Assembly (NCBI GenBank): GCA_041661265.1
Contig: JBAZUT010000008.1
Location: 1,134 to 65,133 of the forward strand
Source: Minisyncoccota bacterium
GTDB lineage: Bacteria > Patescibacteriota > Minisyncoccia > JAHIHE01 > JAGLIN01
Direction of reading: 5' to 3'
Length of the DNA: 64,000 nt
Below are positions 18,662 through 25,753 of this stretch, piece after piece. Made by a program: the position numbers and the translations under genes. The notes beneath the pieces were generated by a model. The model worked only from the letters and a program-made list of their open reading frames with translations, made no database searches and was not told the DNA's origin. Position 1 is the stretch's first letter; each line of letters starts with the position of its first letter.

Positions 18662-19280
18662 TAATGAGTTTAAATAGTGTATTCATGCGTTTGTTGTTGC
18701 ATATTTTTATGTATTCTTCCATTTTTTTGATGTCGGAAGCGGAAATATTTTCCCAGTTGAGGCGCAGATCTTCCAGCGCTTCTCGGTTTATTTCACGCTT
18801 GCTCAAAAAGCGAAGATAGAGAAAATCAAACAGAGCTTTTGCTTTTTCGGCTTCAAGAACGGGCGCGCCTTGAAAATATTTGACGGAATATCCGCAAAAA
18901 AGCTTCGGGCTTATTGAGTAATAGCGGAAGCTTCCGAGCTTGTTCACAATTTCCCTTCCTGTTTTTACGGTCATTGAAGTCAGGGCGTTGGCCGGTTCGC
19001 TCAGGATCTGATATTTGGAAAGCGTATATTCCATTGAGAGATAGGATGGCATCACCATTTGATTGGCGATGTATTCGAGATAGGAGTTCTTGTCTCCTTC
19101 CATGCGGAATCGGTCGCTTAGCACGTATAGGCCGTTTTTCAGGCCAATGAGTTTCCCGTTTTTAAGCCAATATTTGATGTTGGCATTCAGCGATTCAGGG
19201 TCGCTTTCAAGCGATCGAAGCGTATTTTTGCTGAAAACAAGGAACTTTTGGCTTATTTTCTCAAAATCATTATAGTTCAT
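18642..19280 (-). CDS. abiEi: Putative AbiEi-like antitoxin / transcriptional regulator
   Basis: Lies immediately upstream of and overlaps the AbiEii gene by 20 nt. Size is about 210 aa. Assigned mainly by operon context. Confidence 0.45.
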   Translation of the reverse strand: MNYNDFEKISQKFLVFSKNTLRSLESDPESLNANIKYWLKNGKLIGLKNGLYVLSDRFRMEGDKNSYLEYIANQMVMPSYLSMEYTLSKYQILSEPANALTSMTVKTGREIVNKLGSFRYYSISPKLFCGYSVKYFQGAPVLEAEKAKALFDFLYLRFLSKREINREALEDLRLNWENISASDIKKMEEYIKICNNKRMNTLFKLINEQYYA

Positions 19281-19442
19281 TATATATGTTTATGATATAG
19301 TATAATAATTATACCAAAACGTGAACGAATGTCAAGAGCTTGGAATTCTGTTAAGTTGAAATTTTGGTGAGTGCACTCACCTAATTCTTGCGAAGTGGCT
19401 GGAGTCGTAAAGATTAAAACTGTCATAAAAAAGAGACGGCAT

Positions 19443-20012
19443 TTAAGTCGTCTTTATTAGTTTTTCCGGATGTCTTGCAGTTGGATTTGGTTGAGCGGGC
19501 GGAGCATTAACTTTTGTAATTTCAACGCTCCATTCCCATTCTTTTATGGCATCGATCCCTGGGCAATTCCCTCCGCCTGCTTCTGTTATACATTTTTCCA
19601 TCATAACTGTTTTAGAACTCTTTTTGTTTCTTAGTTTAAACTGATATTCCAGATAGAACCTGGCATTATCTGGTTTCAACTCAGAAACAACAGTAATAGC
19701 TTTGCCAGCGTATACTTTGATTTTAAGATCTCCGAGATCTAATGTTTGTGGTTGCGTCGAGTCTTCAAAGAAATCATACCAGTTATCTGACTTAAAAACT
19801 TCTATTTTTGATTGCGCATCGCTGTTCTTTGGCGTTTCAGTAACTCCCGGACCGACGTTTCCGGAGTTGCCCGAACTTCCCGAACTGCCAGGACTTGCCT
19901 CACTAATTGCTACTTCTGTTACTTTTGGCGATATTGTTCCCGGGTCTTTATCCGACACGCATCCCGAGATCAACAAAGCTCCCGCAAGCAGAAATATTGC
20001 CAATATTTTCAT
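19443..20012 (-). CDS. Lipoprotein, paralog 2 (Gly/Ser-rich linker, divergent mature domain)
   Basis: MKILAIFLLAGALLISGC has a lipobox. Same upstream leader as 16759 paralog. Contains a GSSGSSGNSGN linker. Confidence 0.5.
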   Translation of the reverse strand: MKILAIFLLAGALLISGCVSDKDPGTISPKVTEVAISEASPGSSGSSGNSGNVGPGVTETPKNSDAQSKIEVFKSDNWYDFFEDSTQPQTLDLGDLKIKVYAGKAITVVSELKPDNARFYLEYQFKLRNKKSSKTVMMEKCITEAGGGNCPGIDAIKEWEWSVEITKVNAPPAQPNPTARHPEKLIKTT

Positions 20013-20217
20013 TCTTATTTTCACTTTTTCACATCCTTTTTGTTTTGTTTTCCATATTTTAAGGATCAATTTGTCTTATCCTCAATGCGAACATCATAAA
20101 GTGTTTTCTGGGTTTTGCAAACACTATCGGCTGGAAAGTGGAGGGTAGAATGTGGAAAGTGGCAAATTGTTGAAGAATCTTTTGATATTGCTCCATGACC
20201 ATATTGTTCTATTATTA

Positions 20218-20490
20218 ATAATCCCCTCTTGAGAGGGGCAGGGGTGTGTGAGTTGGGAAGCGCGGCTAGGTCGCTTTGAGTTAATTTGATAAACAAAAGA
20301 ACGCAAATCTCTCTCAGGTTCAAGGTCTGCACCTTGTCCACAAGATCAGATCCTTGAAGAACCGGCGAAGACATCGAACAACTTCATTAATTATCGGAGG
20401 ATCCGACCTCCTGCTGGAGGTGCGGACCTCCTTCGTCCCCGGATCTCCCCGCTCTTTCTGCACAAGATGAGGAGACCTGGTGGATTTGAG
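20218..20490. repeat. Structured dispersed repeat, copy 2
   Basis: Sequence identity to copy 1 and copy 3. Confidence 0.75.
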
Positions 20491-20513
20491 AATAAACTGT
20501 ATTGCAATAACTT

Positions 20514-20984
20514 TTGAGTTGTATTAGAATGAAGATAATAAATGAAATATTCTTACTTTCAAAACAGGCCATGAATATCGATGAAAACAAATTAAAAGAA
20601 ATACTAAAGGAGCAAAGTGATGATTTCAAGCGGCATGTGAGCGTGATTTCGGAAGATTTTCATTCGAGCGTGAAGCTGATCTCTGAACAATATAGTTCAA
20701 TCAAAGAAACGCTGGATCGTCATACTGAGATACTAGATTCTCACTCCGAAACACTTGAATCGCATGGTAGAATACTTGAATCGCATACCAAAACACTCGA
20801 ATCTCACACAAGAACTCTTGATTTTCACACTGAGATGATAGGCTCACTGAAGGAAGATGTGGAAATCATCAAAACTGATGTGGAGTTTGTGAAAAACTCT
20901 CTCAAGAAAAAGGTTGATGCTGAAGAGTTTTCGGTTTTGGAAAGAAGAGTCGCTGCACTGGAGTCAAAGGTCAGGGCGAGATAG
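20514..20984 (+). CDS. Coiled-coil protein with tandem heptad repeats (TEILDSH/SETLESH/GRILESH/TKTLESH/TRTLDFH)
   Basis: ORF with degenerate 7-aa repeats. The likely true start is at 20571 (MNIDENK). Confidence 0.4.
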   Translation: MSCIRMKIINEIFLLSKQAMNIDENKLKEILKEQSDDFKRHVSVISEDFHSSVKLISEQYSSIKETLDRHTEILDSHSETLESHGRILESHTKTLESHTRTLDFHTEMIGSLKEDVEIIKTDVEFVKNSLKKKVDAEEFSVLERRVAALESKVRAR

Positions 20985-21053
20985 AGTTTATCGTTTTAGA
21001 AATATGCCACACTTCCGGTTGAGGGGTGGTTTTTTGTTTTGTTGTGACATCTC

Positions 21054-21262
21054 ATCCCTCCTTTATGAAAAGGAGGGTTAGGGTGGATTTGAATTAATCC
21101 GGTAAGCAAAAGAACGCAAATCTCTCTCAGGTTCAAGGTCTGCACCTTGTCCACAAGATCAGATCCTTGAAGAACCGGCGAAGACATCGAACAACTTCAT
21201 TAATTATCGGAGGATCCGATCTCCTGCTGGAGGTGCGGACCTCCTTCGTCCTCGGACCCCTC
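21054..21262. repeat. Structured dispersed repeat, copy 3 (alternative head hairpin CCCTCCTTT-atgaaa-AGGAGGG)
   Basis: Core identical to copies 1 and 2. The head hairpin differs in sequence but keeps its structure. Confidence 0.7.
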
Positions 21263-21380
21263 CATCCACTTTGTCCAAGACAGACAGACTATGTGGGCTT
21301 GGATCGATCTGAAGATAAGGGAAATTGACACTCGTTTTTTGTGGAGTATAATAGAAATATAATTTGAATAGGTTATTGCA

Positions 21381-21626
21381 ATGCTTTCGGACAAAGATGT
21401 TCAAAAACTGGTAAAAGTTTTCGCGACTCGCGATGAGGTGATTTCAAAGAGCGAATTGGGTGAATTAAAACGCGATTTCGGCAATCTTCAATTGTCTATT
21501 GACTCTTATGCCAAGAGGGCTGATGCTTATTTTCAGGAAATGGCGATGTTTTCACATAAGATCGATCGTCAGGAAAGATGGATCCAGGAAATTGCGAAAA
21601 AAATCGGAATGAAATTAGATTATTGA
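21381..21626 (+). CDS. Small hypothetical coiled-coil protein downstream of repeat copy 3
   Basis: 81-aa ORF, no recognisable motif. Confidence 0.3.
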   Translation: MLSDKDVQKLVKVFATRDEVISKSELGELKRDFGNLQLSIDSYAKRADAYFQEMAMFSHKIDRQERWIQEIAKKIGMKLDY

Positions 21627-21726
21627 TCAAAAAATATTTTTTGATTTTACTTCCTACTTCCTTTTTATAAGTGAAGTTTTTTCATTTTGACCGGGAATAT
21701 CGCACGAAATAAAAAAAGAAACAAGT

Positions 21727-22029
21727 TTATTGTTTCTTGTAAGCTCTTTCTATTTCGCTTTCCCTTATCAATTGAAATCCCAGATTCATGAGCCTGGTTC
21801 CGACCGAGAGCATCAAAATGCCATAAACGAGCAAGCCGTTCAGGTTGAGCAGTTCGGGAGGGATTTGCATTCCTTGGGCGACCTGGGCGCCATTTTTAAA
21901 CAGTGGCGCGAGGTTTTGCTTCCCGCTATACACGTCATTTACGTATAATCCCATCATTATCACGATCACAAGACCTATGCCGATGAATGTCCATCCGGTT
22001 TTTTTCTTCAGGGAAACTGTGTTAACCAT
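21727..22029 (-). CDS. Small hypothetical membrane protein (2 TM)
   Basis: GWTFIGIGLVIVIMMGLYV and LLVYGILMLSVG. Confidence 0.3.
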   Translation of the reverse strand: MVNTVSLKKKTGWTFIGIGLVIVIMMGLYVNDVYSGKQNLAPLFKNGAQVAQGMQIPPELLNLNGLLVYGILMLSVGTRLMNLGFQLIRESEIERAYKKQ

Positions 22030-22319
22030 TTCTATACCTCCGATCTGAAAATCCTGAATAAAGAATAGTATATTATGGGATAAAAGTAAATGAGCCGGGA
22101 TATTGACAAAAACTATATTATATGCTATGCTTTTATGTTTGCTGTGCTAATTAAACAGCAAATATTCAGGTTCGTTGAAAAATAATCTTTCGGTTAAAAT
22201 AGCGCTAAATGGTTTTTGGCGTTGTTTCAACCGAAGGATTCACAAGAATTCCATCGGTCCGATAGTATACGAACAAGAATAAAAGTAATGAATAGTTAAG
22301 GAGAAAAAGAAGAAAACAG

Positions 22320-22943
22320 GTGATTAACATGGTAGATGCAAAAACAATAGGTATCGGAGCGGTAATAGTGCTGGTTATACTGGCATTCAGCGGATGGAGC
22401 ATGTATATCGGACTGAACAATGCAAGACTCGACGCGGACAAGGCAAGAAGTGATGTCGCTGTCAAAATGAAAGACAGGCATGATGTCATACCTGCATTTA
22501 TAAATGCTGCCGAAGCCAGTTTCAAGGCTCAGGATAAGATTCTTACAAACTATGCGAAGAACAGAGAAGGTTTGGATCGGGCAGAGAAACTATATAACGA
22601 AGCTCGTAACAATTCAGATGATCCTGACGCGCCTGTAAAGATGGCTGAGGCTATCAGAGAGGCACAGAATAGTTTTGAAGGCATAATCATAAATGCCCGC
22701 CAGGAATCGGTACCTGATGTAGATATTGAGGCGCTTATTCGGCTACAGAATGAAATTTCTGTGAGGCAGAATGTGATCTCGGGTTTCTGGCTCGACTACA
22801 ATGCGGTTGTAAACGAATATAACAAAAAGGTTACAAACCCGCCTTCATCGATCGTGGCATCTTTCTTTGGCTTCAAGACAAGAAAGACATTTGAAGCCAC
22901 TGCCGAAGAAGAGGCAATGCCAGACACAAAGATAAACGTTTAA
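22320..22943 (+). CDS. lemA: LemA family protein
   Basis: N-terminal TM helix, then YIGLNNARLDADKARSDVAVKMKDRHDVIPAFINAAE, a LemA-like pattern. Confidence 0.65.
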   Translation: MINMVDAKTIGIGAVIVLVILAFSGWSMYIGLNNARLDADKARSDVAVKMKDRHDVIPAFINAAEASFKAQDKILTNYAKNREGLDRAEKLYNEARNNSDDPDAPVKMAEAIREAQNSFEGIIINARQESVPDVDIEALIRLQNEISVRQNVISGFWLDYNAVVNEYNKKVTNPPSSIVASFFGFKTRKTFEATAEEEAMPDTKINV

Positions 22944-22987
22944 TCGGATTGGAGAACCCAATCCCTTTATTTTAAAGAGGTGAAGTT

Positions 22988-23839
22988 ATGAATTTTGACA
23001 GAGATTACGGAAATGAAAGAAAGGGAAAACCTTCGAAAATAGTGATTTCGGCTATAATAGCAATGATCTTGGTCGGGCTGTATTTATTAGTGCCTGCGAC
23101 AAGCAAAGCAATATATGCACCCCCCAGAGAGAACATCACAGTCGTAACCAATCTGCCATATCCTCCTTTTGAGGACTTGGCAGGCGGTGAATTCACCGGT
23201 TTGGATATCGATATTGCATATAAATTCGGGGACAAATACAACACAAGAGTGATTGTGACGGACGTTCCTGAATTTGATGACATATTCCTGGCATTGAAAG
23301 ACGGAAAGGCGGATATGGCTATTTCGGCCATTACGATCAGTTCCGGCAATTCCAGCAGAAGCAATTTATCCGATTTTTCAATTGGATATTACAATGCTTC
23401 ACAGGCAGTGCTAGCTATGGAAAATGGAAAGTTCAAGATCGCAAACGAATTATTCGCGGGCGATTTCAAGGGCATGAGGGTGGGATATCAGGGATCCACC
23501 ACAAATGAAGGCTGGGCAGCGGCAAATCTGTTCGGAAAAGTAGATCTTGCCGGCAATGTATCCTTCGGCGATGTCGACAGCGGATTACAGATATTGAGAT
23601 CCGGCGATATTGACGGGATCATTTTGGATGAACCGGCCGCACGCGCTCTTGAAAAGAAAAATCCCGGAATGGTGGTTGCTGGAGTTATCAACAACACTCA
23701 AGAGGAATATGGGATAGCCGTGAAGAAAGGCGATCCGAAAAAACTGCTCCCGAAGATCAACGAGCTCATCAAAGAGCTGAAAGGGAACGGGGAGTATGAG
23801 AAATTGATCAAGAAGCACTTCGGAGGCGGTCAGAAATGA
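22988..23839 (+). CDS. ABC transporter substrate-binding protein, family 3 (polar amino-acid type)
   Basis: Signal anchor, then DIDIAYKFGDKYNTRVIVTDVPEFDDIFLALKDGKADMAISAITIS...ILDEPAA. Confidence 0.65.
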   Translation: MNFDRDYGNERKGKPSKIVISAIIAMILVGLYLLVPATSKAIYAPPRENITVVTNLPYPPFEDLAGGEFTGLDIDIAYKFGDKYNTRVIVTDVPEFDDIFLALKDGKADMAISAITISSGNSSRSNLSDFSIGYYNASQAVLAMENGKFKIANELFAGDFKGMRVGYQGSTTNEGWAAANLFGKVDLAGNVSFGDVDSGLQILRSGDIDGIILDEPAARALEKKNPGMVVAGVINNTQEEYGIAVKKGDPKKLLPKINELIKELKGNGEYEKLIKKHFGGGQK

Positions 23840-24867
23840 AAACGATAACCGCATATCTGATGCTGTTCCTTGTCGTTTCTTTGTCGATTCCTATGGTGTT
23901 GGCACAAGAAAATACGGTCCCGAGGGGAAAGTATATATACGATGAAAGAGGAACCTTGAGCATTCAAGATACTCTCTTTCTGAGTTCTTCCTTATGGAAG
24001 CTGGATGCGAAAACGGGATATCAAACCGTGTATGTGTTTCCAAAGGACAATCTTACCGAAAGGGAAATGGCGAAGTGGTTCAATGATCACGGAGTGGGAA
24101 ATGCCAAAACCGAAACCGGTTTAGCTTTCTTCATATTTCCGGACAATTCCGTTTTCGGAATGATCGGAAGAAAACATGATCGGATCGGAACACCATATCT
24201 GTCGTATTTTTCGGCAAGATCTCTTGCTGGCATAGAGAATGACAGAACAAGGGCTCTGAACAATCTGACGTTTGATCTGAAGAAAGAATTGGGAGTTTCA
24301 GCGACATACGAGAGAGCATATAATACCGGAAAGGCGGTGGCGGATAACTTTCACATAATCATGGGCTGGGCATTTATGATCTCTTTGTTTGTGTTGCTAT
24401 ACAAACAGAAAGATGGCTACCAGTCGAGTGATCTTGTTTTGCCAGCGATCATTTTGGTCCTCACACTTTTCGCGGTGGGCATAATGTCGCTTGGCTCAAA
24501 TGACAGTTTGCCGTCATACACAAAAGAATTCGGCATAACAACTTCCACGAAGCTGAAAGACCACGAATATACAGAACGTCATTGCAGCGGATCTGGTGAT
24601 GACGAGATTTGCTGGTGGGACCGTCATACGGAATACTTCAATTATGTGACCATAACATCATATGATTTTAAGGTCTATAATTACCGGTTCTACAGCAAAG
24701 ACAATAAATGGGCATGGGAACGGAAGGAAGGAGAACTACTTGGATTGGATGTGTACATTCAAGGAAATTCAGTCTCATCGGTAGAATTACCGGTCAGAGA
24801 TAATTCGGGCGGTCGCACGGAGTATATGGGAACCTGGATTAAGACGACGAACGTAACAAAAAAATAA
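23836..24867 (+). CDS. TPM-domain (YgcG/TLP18.3-like) membrane protein
   Basis: Signal peptide, then YIYDERGTLSIQDTLFLSSSLWKLDAKTGYQTVYVF...GMIGRKHDRIG and a later TM helix. Confidence 0.45.
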   Translation: MKTITAYLMLFLVVSLSIPMVLAQENTVPRGKYIYDERGTLSIQDTLFLSSSLWKLDAKTGYQTVYVFPKDNLTEREMAKWFNDHGVGNAKTETGLAFFIFPDNSVFGMIGRKHDRIGTPYLSYFSARSLAGIENDRTRALNNLTFDLKKELGVSATYERAYNTGKAVADNFHIIMGWAFMISLFVLLYKQKDGYQSSDLVLPAIILVLTLFAVGIMSLGSNDSLPSYTKEFGITTSTKLKDHEYTERHCSGSGDDEICWWDRHTEYFNYVTITSYDFKVYNYRFYSKDNKWAWERKEGELLGLDVYIQGNSVSSVELPVRDNSGGRTEYMGTWIKTTNVTKK

Positions 24868-24986
24868 AGGCAGTGAACGCACTGTCCTTTTTTTATGGAT
24901 AAAAAGTCCCCTCTCGAGAGGGGCAGGGGTGTGTGGGTTGGGAAGCGAGGCCAGACCTTGGAAATAACGGAAAATCATTGGCAGAG

Positions 24987-25073
24987 CGGAGAGGGTGGGA
25001 TTTGAACCCACGGTCCCGATGAAGAGACGCTGGTTTTCGAAACCAGTACGTTAAACCGCTCTGTCACCTCTCC
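24987..25073 (-). tRNA. tRNA-Ser (anticodon CGA), class II with long variable arm, no encoded CCA
   Basis: Hand-folded: acceptor stem GGAGAGG/CCTCTCC, anticodon stem-loop CTGGT-TTCGAAA-ACCAG, T-arm GTGGG-TTCAAAT-CCCAC. Confidence 0.75.
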
Positions 25074-25176
25074 GCTCTGTCAATGATTGTTGAGAATTTT
25101 ATATAAACAAGCAACTAGGTTTGCAGATTACCATATTGGAGGATTTTCCGCCTTCGGCGGACCAGTCGCAGGCCGG

Positions 25177-25266
25177 CGAAACCAGTACGTTAAACCCTGT
25201 CTTCCGGCCCGCTTCGCCGAAGGCTGACAGCGAGGCGAGCATGCAGGCGCTCTGTCACCTCTCCGG
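25177..25266 (-). pseudogene. Disrupted duplicate of the tRNA-Ser 5' half with a ~50-nt box C repeat inserted in the D-loop region
   Basis: GGAGAGGTGACAGAGC [insert] GGTTTAACGTACTGGTTTCG, then divergence. A box-A-like hairpin TCCGCCGAAGGCGGA lies adjacent at 25141-25172. Confidence 0.55.
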
Positions 25267-25595
25267 AATTGGGATGTAGAAAGTCGAAAGTGGCAGGTAG
25301 AAAGAACAATATCAAACTACTTACTACTAATCCACTTTATCACATAATGAAAAAAAGAAAAGAGTATTTACTCTTTATCTTATCGGTGAAAGCCTTTCTC
25401 TGAATACTTTTAAATTGTGGATAAAAGTATCATATATTCTTTTTAGGCGGGGCCTTTTGTCCCCGGCTTTCGCGGATCTTATCAAAATATCATTTATTTC
25501 GAATTCTTTTTCCGCTGGCATTCTATCATCCTCTTTCTGAGCTCTAGTCTATAGGGAAAAATGAACTAAGTCAATAATGTGGTGGCAAAAAAAAC

Positions 25596-25632
25596 GCCCC
25601 ATGGCGAGCCAGGCGTTTCTGTCATATGTCGG
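25596..25632 (-). terminator. Rho-independent terminator (AAACGCC...GGCGTTT plus T8) downstream of the 805-aa protein gene
   Basis: Read on the minus strand. Confidence 0.45.
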
Positions 25633-25753
25633 ACTATTTTGAAGCCAGTTTATAGGCGATTGCCATAATGATCGCCCCAAGGAGCAATATCGAGGAAATT
25701 ATGGGAAGTATCTTGTATTTACTCATATGGGGTAATGTAAGTTATGGTGTTGG

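Noticed and set aside
17439-21187. Minus-strand ORFs 17439-17681, 20066-20374 and 20996-21187, all beginning MSSPVLQGSDLVDKVQTLNLREICV
   Set aside because: They lie entirely inside the structured dispersed repeat. Their lengths and C-termini differ between copies and stop where the repeat diverges, so the conservation is explained by the repeat (probably RNA) and not by coding.
25177-25266. Second functional tRNA upstream of tRNA-Ser
   Set aside because: Only the 5' half is tRNA-like and it is interrupted by a 50-nt insert. The 3' half, T-arm and acceptor pairing are absent, so it is called as a pseudo/fragment.
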